Part shown: positions 10,701 through 23,000 of the stretch, piece after piece | How positions within the stretch are numbered: the stretch's first letter is position 1 | Layout: each line of letters opens with the position of its first letter | Assembly (NCBI GenBank): GCA_907165135.1 | Contig: CAJRAX010000012.1 | Location: forward strand, 1 to 35,216 | DNA: 35,216 bases | From: Oikopleura dioica | Lineage: Eukaryota > Animalia > Chordata | Direction: 5' to 3' | The notes under the pieces: model-generated | Seen by the model: only the letters and a program-made list of their open reading frames with translations | What the model was told of the DNA's origin: nothing | The model's database searches: none | Made by a program: the position numbers and the translations under genes

Positions 10701-12365
10701 TGCACCTTCCTTAGACGTCGGGATTTTTAGGTTTTCAATCGCCTTGATTTTGTCTTTTGTTGGGGAAATTTCACCATTGGAAATAAAATAGCCGCAAAAA
10801 TTTACAGACCGCGTAAAAAACGAAGCTTTTCGTGAATGAATACGCAAATTATTAGCATCAAGAATCATGAAAAATTTCTTTAAATTTAATAAATGCTCCT
10901 CTTCCGTTTTGCTATGAACTAAAAGATCATCCATATAGGGTAAAATTGCTGTTTTATCTACCCCTTTCAAGGCTTGGTCAATGATTCGCATGAAAAAAGC
11001 GGGCGCATTGCGGCAGCCCATCGGCATTCTCAAAAATCTAAATTGGCCGTGTTCAGTCGTAAACGCTGTCTTGTTTTTCGACTCTTCAGTCAATTCTATT
11101 TGATGAAAGCCTTTGATGAGATCGACCGAACTAAAAATTTTGCTATTCTCCAAATAAGATAGTGAGTCTTCTAAATTTGGCAAGGGATGATGAATTTGTA
11201 TTGTTGCATCGTTAAGCTTTCGAAAATCAATTACGAGGCGCCATCGCCCGTCTTTTTTTCTGACCAATATTGCAGGGCTATTCCAGGGGCTCGTACATTT
11301 TTCGATTATTTTATTCCCCGTAAATTTATCCAAAATATTTTTCCATTCCCGACGCAAACTAAATGGTTGTCTATAAGGCTGTGAAGAAATCGGGCACTGT
11401 GTATTTGTATCAATTGAAAATTTTTCAATAGAACACGCAGGAAGGGGATCATCATCATCAAGAAATAAATGTGTAACAATGTCTAAAAGGGCGTAAAAAT
11501 CTTTTTCTACTTCTGGCGAGTTAATTTTACCGACTGAGATATTTTCCATATTTTTATTATTTGTGTTTTTGATTTGGGCAATTTCGACTATTTCATGTAA
11601 TTTAGCAAAAACTGTTCCAGCTGGAATACGAATTGTTGTGTCTGTTGGATTAATAACGAGTAACCGAAAAATTGGGGAGTCTTTATCAACAATTTGTAAA
11701 CTTGGAATAAGTTGCAGTTTTGAATTTCCGAGATTTGAATTTTCAAACGAGAGACTCATAGTTTTATTGAAATTTTTAACCGAAAGATCAATTAATCTTT
11801 CTGATTTTCCTCTGAAGGAAAACGTTTCTGTTGAGAATGCGTCATATTCTTCAATCGACTCATTTCTTAAATTATCAGTAGCATTTTCATCCGAACTAAT
11901 TAAATTAAGATTCGCGAACCGTTCAACCGGGCCTGCTTGAATCAATTTTTTACGATGAAGATTTATCAAAATTTCATTATCAAGAATCGCTGGCACTCCC
12001 AAAATAGGGCTAAGGTTATCCGAGACCACATAAAACCAGGACTTCCCCCAGGAAACATTTTCAATAATAAATTCGGTTTCGATTTTGCCAAAAATTTCAA
12101 TTTTTCCGCCGGTATAATTAACCGCCTCCATTTTTGTTTTTTCAATTTTTTTGTTTTTTGGAACATATTTTTTACAAATACAATTTAATTGTGAGCCTGT
12201 GTCAAGTAAAAAACGTACATGTGAATCAAAAATTTTAGCATTTACAAAAAATTGCTCGCCAATTTTATTTACAGAAATTTTCGGGATTGAAATTTGACCA
12301 GAATTTGTCCCGAAATTTAGTTTTTTTGCTCGACAGATCCCTGTTTCTCCCGACGCTTCAAACAA
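7707..12365 (-). pseudogene. pol: Element 1 pol (protease, RT, RNase H, integrase, GPY motif, long C-terminal tail) with one premature stop
   Basis: FLLDTGSQ (PR, ~12201), SPWNSP/LVIDFRKLN/YMDD (RT, YMDD 10926-10937), ETDASSLGYGGVL (RH), H-H-C-C zinc finger, FDLITLP..LDNARE..NG*VE (DDE), FLGPY (~9004-9012). ORFs 9366-12365 and 7707-9293 are in the same frame, split only by TAA at 9366-9368 (probable CAA>TAA). Confidence 0.93.
12279..12326 (-). promoter_or_regulatory. Putative -1 ribosomal frameshift signal gag/pol (A AAA AAC plus stem-loop)
   Basis: Heptamer A AAA AAC (12326-12320) directly before the gag TAA; pol is in the -1 frame; hairpin TTTCGGGA/TCCCGAAA plus AAATT/AATTT with loop CTGGTCA. 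Confidence 0.8.
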
Positions 12366-13328
12366 TTTCTAGAAATGTGACCAAACCCATCACATTCAAA
12401 ACATTTAATCTTAGGGCAACGCGGTTTAGTATGACCCCATTGATTACAATTACGACAGAAAGGGCTGCTCTGGGGAGTCTGGGGATATCCAAATGGATAT
12501 GGGGGGAATTGCCGAGGGCGTTTGGGGCACGGGCTTATTTGTGATCTCCCTCTTTTCAATTTCGAGCTTTGCTACAGTCGCAGTCAACTGTTTGATCATG
12601 TCTGAGAGCTCTGAATTTTTGCGCTCATAATTAGCTTCCATTTGAGCGAGTCTTGAGTCAAGAATTTCACTTGTCTGATCGACAAAAGAGGCTAAATTCG
12701 TTTCAATCGAGGAAACACTGACACTCAAGAACCGCTCTCTGGAATCCAAAAAATCAGCAACTTCCTGAGCACTCTTTCTGTTATACCCATGATCTCGAAG
12801 AAATGACTTGTTGGCCGGTTCCAAACTTTTCATAAAATGAGCATCTGTTATAAACGAAACAGCGTCTGGTTTATCAGAAATAATTCCTGCAACCGTACGA
12901 ATTCTCGTCAAATAAGAACCGAATTTTTCATTCATTTCGGACCGACGAGCCATATTTTCGAGTTCATTTTGGGCCCGCTCCCGCTTCTCGTCCTCAGTTT
13001 CCTTGCCAAAAATAGTCTCTAAAAATTCAAAGGCCTTTTTCTCGGTCTCTAAATTTGCCATTTCCCGCCCGTGATTGCAAATAAAATCATGAGAGCAATT
13101 ATTCCGAATACAGTCAACCGCCTGTCTTTCAAAAGCTTTTTCTAATTCAGCCCGATCGGACTCACGGTTATGATCTTGAATTGATTTTAAAAACAATTTT
13201 TCATGGCCGAAATTTTGTCAATCAAATTATTTTTAGAAATTTGAAATTCATAAGAAAGCATTTTTGGCCGAAAATGTTGCCGAGAATTGAGGGAAGGGAA
13301 TGGGGCAAAGAGAAAATCTTCGGGCCAT
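12317..13328 (-). pseudogene. gag: Element 1 gag (frameshifted)
   Basis: Pieces in three frames align with element 2 Gag. Knuckles CRNCNQWGHTKPRC and CFECDGFGHISRNC (CX2CX4HX4C). Frameshifts near 13195 and in the G6 run 12501-12506. Start codon ambiguous (13328 or 13369). Confidence 0.85.
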
Positions 13329-13352
13329 TTTGTTACCTTGAAATTGGAGTCG

Positions 13353-13368
13353 CCGCTAGTGGTCACCA
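13353..13368 (-). promoter_or_regulatory. Primer-binding site, tRNA-Trp type
   Basis: TGGTGACCACTAGCGG directly after the 5' LTR; TGGTGACC is complementary to the GGUCACCA 3' end of eukaryotic tRNA-Trp. Confidence 0.8.
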
Positions 13369-13971
13369 TGATGCCAATTACTCTAATTTATGACTCTCTA
13401 ATCTAACTGCGTCTTGCAAAGGATGAGGCCTTAAAATACGAAATGTGGCTTTATTATTTTAGTTATGAAGAGAGTGAAATTGCAATACAAATTTTTCAGA
13501 ATTGCAAATTTTGCAGGTGCAAATATTTCCAAATAAGGCATTTCGCGCATTTCGCGCATATGTTTTTCTTTTCAATAATGACGCGGCGCTTTCGCGCCAT
13601 TGTTATTTTCTTTTCATCAAATTGGTCGCAATCGCCACGCTCGTAATTATTGTTTTTTCTTGGTCAAAGAGACGAATTGTTTCATCAAAAATAATTACCA
13701 GTCAGAAAGAATAAATTGAACACTAGAAATTTAAATAAAACCGCCGAAACGGGTGGCTAAGGTGCCTTTAGAGAATGTGAAATAACGCGTACGTTATAAA
13801 TGAGAAATAAAGATTTTGATGAACTCATGCTATCCAAAGATTTGGCTCCATAAATCTTCAGTTCGTTTAACTAGTGATTTTCATGCAAAATCAACCTAAT
13901 TGGCGAAATTCGGGCCGTGAGTGGAAGGATTCAATTTTTATCTTTTATGTTCTTTTTCGCTATTCTTATCA
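13369..13971 (-). repeat. Element 1 5' LTR (603 bp, internal 456-bp deletion)
   Basis: Matches 6574-6874 joined to 7331-7632 at a shared AAG. Confidence 0.95.
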
Positions 13972-14379
13972 ATCATCTAAAAACGCCAAAAAACGCATCA
14001 GAATATTTTTGCGATGAAAATGAACTCAACATCATCTAAAATTGCCAAAAAACGCATTAGAATATTTTTTCGATGAAAATGAACTCAACATCATCTAAAA
14101 ACGCCAAAAAACGCATCAGAATATTTTTTCGATGAAAATGAACTTAACATCATCTAAAAACGCCAGAAAACGCATCAGAATATTTTTTCGATGAAAATGA
14201 ACTCAACATCATCTAGAAACGCCAAAAAACGCATCAGAATATTTTTTCGATGAAAATGAGTTCAACATCATCTAAAAACGCCAAAAAACGCATCAGAATA
14301 TTTTTTCGATTAAAATGTACTCAACATCATCTAAAAACGCCGAAAAACGCATCAGAATATTTTTGCGATGAAAATGAAA
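13972..14379 (+). repeat. ~59-bp satellite, + orientation
   Basis: Resumes at TSD ATCAT; about 7 monomers up to the inversion junction. Confidence 0.97.
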
Positions 14380-15228
14380 TTTTTGGCGTTTTTAGATGAT
14401 GTTGAGTTCATTTTCATCGAGAAAAGATTCTGATGCGTTTTTTGGCGTTTTAAGATGATGTTGAGTTCATTTTCATTGAAAAAATATTCTGATGCGTTTT
14501 TTGGCGTTTTTAGATGATAAGAGTTCATTTTCATCGAAAAAATATTCTGATGCGTTTTTGGCGTTTTTAGATGATGTTGAGTTCATTTTCATCGAAAAAA
14601 TATTCTGATGCGTTTTTTGGCGTTTTTAGATGATGTTGAGTTCATTAACATCGGAAAAATATTCTGATGCATTTTTGGCGTTTTTAGATGATGTTGAGTT
14701 CATTTTCATCGAAAAATATTCTGATGCGTTTTTTGGCGTTTTTAAAATAATGTTGAGTTCATTTTCATCGAAAATATATTCTGATGCGTTTTATGGCCTT
14801 TTAAGATGATGTTGAGTTCATTTTCATCGAAAAAATATTCTGATGCGTTTTTTGACGTTTTTAGATAATGTTGAGTTCATTTTCATTAAAAAAATATTCT
14901 GATGCGTTTTTTGGCGTTTTTAGATGATGTTGAGTTCATTTTTATCGAAAAATATTCTGATGCGTTTTTTGGCGTTTTTAGATGATGTTGAGTTCATTTT
15001 AATCGAAAAAATATTCTGATGCGTTTTCTGGCGCTTTTAGATGATGTTGAGTTCATTTTCATCGAAAAAATATTCTGATGCGTTTTTTGGCGTTTTTAGA
15101 TGATGTTGAGTTCATTCTCATCGAAAAAATATTCTGATGCGTTTTTCGGCGTTTTTAGATGATGTTGAGTTCATTTTCATCGAAAAAATATTCTGATGCG
15201 TTTTTCGGCCTTTTAAGATGATGTTGAG
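14380..15228 (-). repeat. ~59-bp satellite, inverted orientation
   Basis: Reverse-complement monomers ending in the element 2 TSD TTGAG (15224-15228). Confidence 0.97.
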
Positions 15229-16380
15229 TGATACCTAATATGAAAAAAAAATAATATACTGAATCGCCAAATCACGGCCAAAATAAAAAATTATGCATGA
15301 TTTCACAAGCTTACATTAAATGCTAATCAAGTTGATTAGGCCTCGTCAAAAATCAAGAAAAAATATGGCAAACCAAAAAAAAATAGAAAAAATAAAGGTT
15401 TGATGATTAGACTGAGGGTAATTTCTAGCATGAGAACGCTAGAAAAATTGTTAACAGTATTTGCACGTACGCGTGTGTTCACATATTTCTAGGCACATTA
15501 GCCAGCCCTTTTGATATTTTACGATTCAAAAGGTTTTATTATTAATCCCTTTTAGGTTTAAAATTATTTACGCATGAATTTATCTCACGATCTTCAAAAT
15601 CAACTATCCTTACAATATTCTTGTTTTTTCTTTATTTATTTGCTTTCAAAATAAGTTGACTGTACTTGGACGACAAATCTTTTTGGACGCCGTTGGAAGA
15701 CTCCTTCTTACTGTTGAGCTTCCCGTAAGGGCTGAACGCTAAGTAGCCGCGGGCAGAATATCCCGAACCGGCAAAAAGCGTTTATAAGCGCTCACAGGTA
15801 ATCGAACTCGCCGAGGACCGGTTACTGCTTTTCTAGGAAACTGACCATTTTCGACATTGCAGTTACACGTGCGCGTGACGCCGACCCGACAAGAACGACA
15901 ACGACGACATCTACTACTACGACAACGACGACGGAAACCCTGCCTGGACCGACAATGGAATTCTGACAACAACAACGACTAATGCCCTGGAATTTGTCGA
16001 GACTTGTAATAAAACAGTGGGTCACATAGTGAGAAAGCTGTTTTATTACAAGTTTTGGCAAAAAGCGCCACCTATGGCGAATTGATAAAAATAGGAATTT
16101 TTCAAAAATATCGTAACATATTATATAATTATCTGAAATTGATGTTACGAACACAGATGATGAAAGTTTGCCGATAACGCCTTACGTAAGAAGCCACAAT
16201 GGCCGAAATGGCCCCATTTACGAAAACAATAGAAAAATCCGGAACCAACCGGTTTCCGAAATGGAACTTTTCAAAATTTGAAATTTCAAAAATCATTCTC
16301 GATTATCAATAAAACCACCACCAGCTTATTTTATTTTTCGTGTTCTTTGCAAGGATTTTAGCAAGCCGCAATTTGTATCA
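15229..16380 (+). repeat. Element 2 5' LTR (1152 bp)
   Basis: 15399-16380 is repeated at 19060-20043 with 4 substitutions and 2 single-base indels. Confidence 0.94.
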
Positions 16381-17650
16381 GTGATGACCACAGAGACCGA
16401 ATCCACAGAGGCGAAGCCGATTATAATGGCAGAAAGTAAGTCAGCTCCATTTCCCGAGGAAATTTTGATGGCCAGTCTGTCCCCTTTATCTGGATCTCAG
16501 TTGATTTCACCGTCCAGTCAGTTGTATCAGTTCCAATTGAATATGAGTATTTTAGAGGATAGGTTGTGTCAATTTAGCGCTCTTTTTGAAAGAAGTCTGA
16601 AGGACTTTTCTCGAACGGAGGACTCAGATTTAAAGGCTCAATTTGAGCGAAAGCTTTTAAATTGTATTCGTAGTTCTTGCTCTGAAGAATTTCTAGTGCA
16701 ATATGGCCGGGACTTAGCCAATGAAACTTGTTACAAAAAGGCTCTTGAGCTTTTGAGGGAGATTTTTTGGGGAGGAAAGCGAATCTGACAGAAAAGCGCG
16801 AGCGACGGATGAATTCGAAAATTTGGTCCGAAGGACCGATTTGAATGAAATATTCGTTTCATTCTTGAGAAGAATTAAATCGCTTGCGCGACAGATTGAT
16901 AACCGTAAAGACGCGGTTGATTTTTTGGTCGAAAATAAGTTTAAAAAATTTCTTGAGCCCGCAAATTTGAGTTTTTTACGCGATCATAAAATGCAAAACT
17001 CGAGCGCAGAAAAAATCGCTGAATTTTTAGACGAACGGGAAAGACATTGTCTGGCCCAAGTTTCAGCGGTTAACACTGATCGAATGAATTCATTTATTGA
17101 TCAAACTTCGGAAATGTTATCTAAGCAACTGGAAGCATTTAATGAGAGTAATAAAAAGAGTCAAGAGGCTCATGAAAAGAAAAATGAGGAACTTTCGAAG
17201 GCCCTCAAAGATTTGACAGCGACTGTGAACGAATTGAAGTTAGAAAAACAGAAAAATTCTGATAACAATTCTATCACGAAGCAACCTTTTTCGCGAGAGC
17301 AAAATTATCGTCAGGGCGATTTTAATACTTTCCGAAATCCTCAGAATTTTCGTCAAGCAGGGTTTAGTCCTCCTCCAGGTTACCCTCAAAATTTTCAAAA
17401 TTTTCAAAATCTAGGAGCGCCCCGCAACTTTCAGATGCAACAGAGTCGCCCTGTTTTGTTTTGTTCTGAATGTGGTAAATTCGGGCACATGAAACGTAAT
17501 TGCCGATTTATCGAGTGCCATGGCTGTGGACAAAAAGGACACATTCAACGCTTTTGTCAGAGAAACAATAATTATGGTCAAAATAATAATCGAGATAATA
17601 GGAATTTCCCTCCCTTTTCGCGTGGTTCGGGAAACGGGTACTCGGGTTGA
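16381..17650 (+). pseudogene. gag: Element 2 gag (one frameshift)
   Basis: ORFs 16381-16788 and 16823-17650 join if one T is removed from T6 at 16763-16768 (EIFGEESESDRKARA). Knuckles CSECGKFGHMKRNC and CHGCGQKGHIQRFC. Q/N-rich linker. Confidence 0.9.
16382..16391 (+). promoter_or_regulatory. Degenerate PBS (tRNA-Trp type)
   Basis: TGATGACCAC one base after the LTR versus TGGTGACCAC in element 1 (G>A in the triplet that pairs with the tRNA CCA). Confidence 0.65.
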
Positions 17651-17674
17651 GCTCTGGTCAAGCTTTCAATCCGA
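17629..17674 (+). promoter_or_regulatory. Putative -1 frameshift signal (G GGA AAC plus stem-loop)
   Basis: Heptamer 17629-17635 in the gag frame; the -1 frame reads SSGQAFNPK, homologous to element 1 NSGQISIPK; stem 17642-17653 with 17661-17674, loop CTGGTCA. Confidence 0.8.
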
Positions 17675-19063
17675 AAACTTTTGTTAGTTCTGTAAAAGTT
17701 TAGGTCGCCAACATTTTATTGATGCTCACATTTTTAACAAAAACGTAAAATTGATGATTGATACAGGCTCACAGATAAATCTTATTGGACGTGAGTATGT
17801 GCCTGATTCAGAAAAAATATACAAAAATGATTTAAAAATTTTCGCGTATAATAATACTATTGTTCCTGTTGTTGGATATATATTGACAGATTTAATTATT
17901 GATGGACAAAACTGGGGTCGCGCGCGATTCTATGTTGTTAATGATCGATTGAACTGTATTTTGGGAACTTCTTCAATCGAGGAGCTTGAACTTATTATTA
18001 ATCTTCATCGCAAGAGATTGATTAAAGGCGGTGCGATTGAACGATTTGCAAATATTTCTGAAATAACAGTAGAGCCAGACAAGGGTGAAAATGAACAGTT
18101 AGAGGGTATTCTTATGGATACTATTACTTTAAAACCAAGAACAGAACAATTAGTAGATTTACATGTTCGAAACATAAAAAACTGTCGTCATTATTTTTTG
18201 AAAACTCGTGTCTTAAAAACTGTAAATTAGAATTTCTCCCCTCCTTGCAAGAAGTCTCGCCTGATTCACCAATATTTCGCATATTGATTCTTAACATGAC
18301 GGATTCTTCAATAAAACTTGATAAAGGGACAAAACTAGAAGAGATTTTTGAAGTATGTAAAGTCGGTCAGATTAAAGAGGAAGCAGTTGAAGAAATTCTT
18401 CAAAATATAAAAGTTGGCCCGATTTCGAGTGAAAATAAGCCAAAATTTTTTGATCTTATGAAAGAGTTTTGCTATCTTTTATTAAAAGAAGGAGATTATA
18501 TACCGGAATGTTCAATTGCCGAATTCAATATAGATACCATTGATTCTGTCCCTTCTGTATCTCAGCCATATAGAACAGCCTTTGCGTTACGGCAAACTAT
18601 GTGGGATATTCTGAATAATTATTTGGAGAATAAAGTTATCGAGCCCTGTATATCAGTATGGAATTCTCCATGTTTGTTAGTAAGAAAAAAAGGTGGATCT
18701 TGGCGCCTCGTAGTTGACTACAGAAAATTGAATCAGAATACTCATCAGTTTCATTATCCGCTACCATCGCTTGAAGATTCTATTTCTTATATGCAAAATA
18801 GCAAAATATTTAGCGCATGCGATCTGTATAAGGGATTCCATCAGGTTCGAATTAGCCCGAAGTCTGCTGATAAAACGGCATTTTCAACTTAACACGGCCA
18901 ATTTAGATTTTTAAGAATGCCGATGGGTCTAAAAAATTCCCCTTGTTTTTTTATGCTTGTAATGGATAAGGCTCTTGAAAATATCCCAAAGTCAGCTGTC
19001 CTAGCTTACATGGATGATGTTTGTATTCATAGCGTTTTAGAGGCTGAACATTTAGTTAATTTG
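17629..19063 (+). pseudogene. pol: Element 2 truncated pol (PR, spacer, RT to YMDD)
   Basis: MIDTGSQ, SVWNSPC, LVVDYRKLN, YMDD. Frameshifts near 17700 and ~18180, in-frame TAA at 18890-18892. RH and IN deleted. Confidence 0.92.
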
Positions 19064-20043
19064 ATGATTAGACTGAGGGTAATTTCTAGTATGAGAACGC
19101 TAGAAAAATTGTTAACAGTATTTGCACGTACGCGTGTGTTCACATATTTCTAGGCACATTAGCCAGCCCTTTTGATATCTTACGATTCAAAAGGTTTTAT
19201 TATTAATCCCTTTTAGGTTTAAAATTATTTACGCATGAATTTATCTCACGATCTTCAAAATCAACTATCCTTACAATATTCTTGTTTTTTTCTTTATTTA
19301 TTTGCTTTCAAAATAAGTTGACTGTACTTGGACGACAAATCTTTTTGGACGCCGTTGGAAGACTCCTTCTTACTGTTGAGCTTCCCGTAAGGGCTGAACG
19401 CTAAGTAGCCGCGGGCAGAATATCCCAAACCGGCAAAAAGCGTTTATAAGCGCTCACAGGTAATCGAACTCGCCGAGGACCGGTTACTGCTTTTCTAGGA
19501 AACTGACCATTTTCGACATTGCAGTTACACGTGCGCGTGACGCCGACCCGACAAGAACGACAACGACGACATCTACTACTACGACAACGACGACGGAAAC
19601 CCTGCCTGGACCGACAATGGAATTCTGACAACAACAACGACTAATGCCCTGGAATTTGTCGAGACTTGTAATAAAACAGTGGGTCACATAGTGAGAAAGC
19701 TGTTTTATTACAAGTTTTTGGCAAAAAGCGCCACCTATGGCGAATTGATAAAAATAGGAATTTTTCAAAAATATCGTAACATATTATATAATTATCTGAA
19801 ATTGATGTTACGAACACAGATGATGAAAGTTTGCCGATACCGCCTTACGTAAGAAGCCACAATGGCCGAAATGGCCCCATTTACGAAAACAATAGAAAAA
19901 TCCGGAACCAACCGGTTTCCGAAATGGAACTTTTCAAAATTTGAAATTTCAAAAATCATTCTCGATTATCAATAAAACCACCACCAGCTTATTTTATTTT
20001 TCGTGTTCTTTGCAAGGATTTTAGCAAGCCGCAATTTGTATCA
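19060..20043 (+). repeat. Element 2 3' LTR remnant (first 170 bp missing)
   Basis: Begins at TTTGATG, equivalent to 15399; ends TATCA plus TSD. Confidence 0.93.
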
Positions 20044-23000
20044 TTGAGTTCATTTTCATCGAAAAAATATTCTGATGCGTTTTTCGGCGTTTTTAGATGA
20101 TGTTGAGTTCATTTTCATCGAAAAAATATTCTGATGCGTTTTTTGGCGTTTTTAGATAATGTTGAGTTCATTTTCATCGAAAAAATATTCTGATGCGTTT
20201 TTTGGCGTTTTAAGATGATGTTGAGTTCATTTTCATCGAAAAAATATTCTGATGCTTTTTTTGGCGTTTTTAGATGATATTGAGTTCATTTTCATTGAAA
20301 AAATATTCTGATGCGTTTTTCGGCCTTTTAAGATGATGTTGAGTTCATTTTCATCGGAAAAATATTCTGATGCGTTTTTGGGCGTTTTTAGATGATGTTG
20401 AGTTCATTTTCATCGAAAAAATATTCTGATGCGTTTTTTGGCGCTTTTAGATGATGTTGAGTTCATTATAATCGAAAAAATATTCTGATGCGTTTTTTGG
20501 CGTTTTTAGATGATGTTGAGTTCATTTTCATCGAGAAAAGATTCTGATGCGTTTTTTGGCGTTTTAAGATGATGTTGAGTTCATTTTCATTGAAAAAATA
20601 TTCTGATGCGTTTTTTGGCGTTTTAAGATGATGTTGAGTTCATTTTCATCGAAAAAATATTCTGATGCGTTTTTTGGCGTTTTTAGATGATGTTGAGTTC
20701 ATTTCCATCGAAAAAATATTCTGATGCGTTTATTTGGCGTTTTTAGATGATGTTGAGTTCATTTTCATCGAAAAAATATTCTGATGCGTGTTTTGGCGTT
20801 TTTAGATGATGTTGAGTTCATTTTCATTAAAAAAATATTCTGATGCGTTTTTTGGCGTTTTTAGATGATGTTGAGTTCATTTTCATCGAAAAAATATTCT
20901 GATGCGTTTTTTGGCGTTTTTAGATGATGTTGAGTTCATTTTAATCGAAAAAATATTCTGATGCGTTTTTGGCGTTTTTAGATGATGTTGAGTTCATTTT
21001 CATCGAAAAAATATTCTGATGCGTTTTTTGGCGTTTTTAGATGATGTTGAGTTCATTTTCATCGAAAAAATATTCTGATGCGTTTTTCGGCGTTTTTAGA
21101 TGATGTTGAGTTCATTTTCTTCGAAAAAATATTCTGATGCGTTTTTCGGCCTTTTAAGATGATGTTGAGTTCATTTTCATCCGAAAAATATTCTGATGCG
21201 TTTTTTGGCGTTTTTAGATGATGTTGAGTTCATTTTCATCGAGAAAAGATTCTGATGCGTTTTTTGGCGTTTTAAGATGATGTTGAGTTCATTTTCATTG
21301 AAAAAATATTCTGATGCGTTTTTTGGCGTTTTTAGATGATGTTGAGTTCATTTTCATCGAAAAAATATTCTGATGCGTTTTTGGCGTTTTTAGATGATGT
21401 TGAGTTCATTTTCATCGAAAAAATATTCTGATGCGTTTTTTGGCGTTTTTAGATGATGTTGAGTTCATTTACATCGGAAAAATATTCTGATGCATTTTTT
21501 GGCGTTTTTAGATGATGTTGAGTTCATTTTCATCGAAAAAATATTCTGATGCGTTTTTTGGCGTTTTTAAAATGATGTTGAGTTCATTTTCATCGAAAAA
21601 ATATTCTGATGCGTTTTTTGGCCTTTTAAGATGATGTTGAGTTCATTTTCATCGAAAAAATATTCTGATGCGTTTTTTGGCGTTTTTAGATAATGTTGAG
21701 TTCATTTTCATCGAAAAAATATTCTGATGCGTTTTTGGCGTTTTTAGATGATGTTGAGTTCATTTTCATCGAAAAATATTCTGATGCTTTTTTGGCGTTT
21801 TTAGATGATGTTGAGTTCATTTTCATCGAAAAAATATTCTGATGCGTTTTTGGCGTTTTTAGATGATGTTGAGTTCATTTTCATCGAAAAATATTCTGAT
21901 GCGTTTTTGGCGTTTTTAGATGATGTTGAGTTCATTTTCATCGAAAAAATATTCTGATGCGTTTTTGGCGTTTTTAGATGATGTTGAGTTCATTTTCATC
22001 GAAAAAATATTCTGATGCGTTTTTTGGCGTTTTAAGATGATGTTGAGTTCATTTTCATCGGAAAAATATTCTGATGCGTTTTTGGCGTTTTTAGATGATG
22101 TTGAGTTCATTTTCATCGAAAAAATATTCTGATGCGTTTTTTGGCGTTTTTAGATGATGTTGAGTTCATTTTCATCGAAAAAATATTCTGATGCGTTTTT
22201 GGCGTTTTTAGATGATGTTGAGTTCATTTTCATCGAAAAAATATTCTGATGCGTTTTTTGGCGTTTTAAGATGATGTTGAGTTCATTTTCATCGAAAAAA
22301 TATTCTGATGCGTTTTTTGGCGTTTTAAGATGATGTTGAGTTCATTTTCATCGGAAAAATATTCTGATGCGTTTTTTGGCGTTTTTAGATGATGTTGAGT
22401 TCATTTTCATCGAAAAAATATTCTGATGCGTTTTTGGCGTTTTTAGATGATGTTGAGTTCATTTTCATCGGAAAAATATTCTGATGCGTTTTTGGCGTTT
22501 TTAGATGATGTTGAGTTCATTTTAATCGAAAAAATATTCTGATGCGTTTTTGGCGTTTTTAGATGATGTTGAGTTCATTTTCATCGAAAAAATATTCTGA
22601 TGCGTTTTTGGCATTTTTAGATGATGTTGAGTTCATTTTCATCGAAAAAATATTCTGATGCGTTTTTGGCGTTTTTAGATGATGTTGAGTTCATTTTCAT
22701 CGAAAAAATATTCTGATGCGTTTTTGGCGTTTTAAGATGATGTTGAGTTCATTTTCATCGGAAAAATATTCTGATGCATTTTTTGGCGTTTTTTGATGAT
22801 GTTGAGTTCATTTTCATTTCAAAAATATTCTGATGCAATTTTTGGCGTTTTTTGATGATGTTGAGTTCATTTTCATCGGAAAAATATTCTGATGCGTTTT
22901 TGGCGTTTTTAGATGATGTTGAGTTCATTTTCATCGGAAAAATATTCGGATGCATTTTTGGCGTTTTAAGATGATGTTGAGTTCATTTTCATCGAAAAAA

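Larger units (their letters stand above)
6574..13971 (-). mobile_element. Element 1: near-complete Ty3/Gypsy LTR retrotransposon
   Basis: Two LTRs (TG..CA), 5-bp TSD ATCAT (6569-6573 and 13972-13976), PBS, gag with two CCHC knuckles, pol order PR-RT-RH-IN (Ty3/Gypsy order). Confidence 0.97.
15229..20043 (+). mobile_element. Element 2: internally deleted Ty3/Gypsy LTR retrotransposon, a family distinct from element 1
   Basis: Termini TGATA...TATCA, TSD TTGAG (15224-15228 and 20044-20048), gag with two CCHC, PR and RT up to YMDD, then fused into the 3' LTR. Confidence 0.96.
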
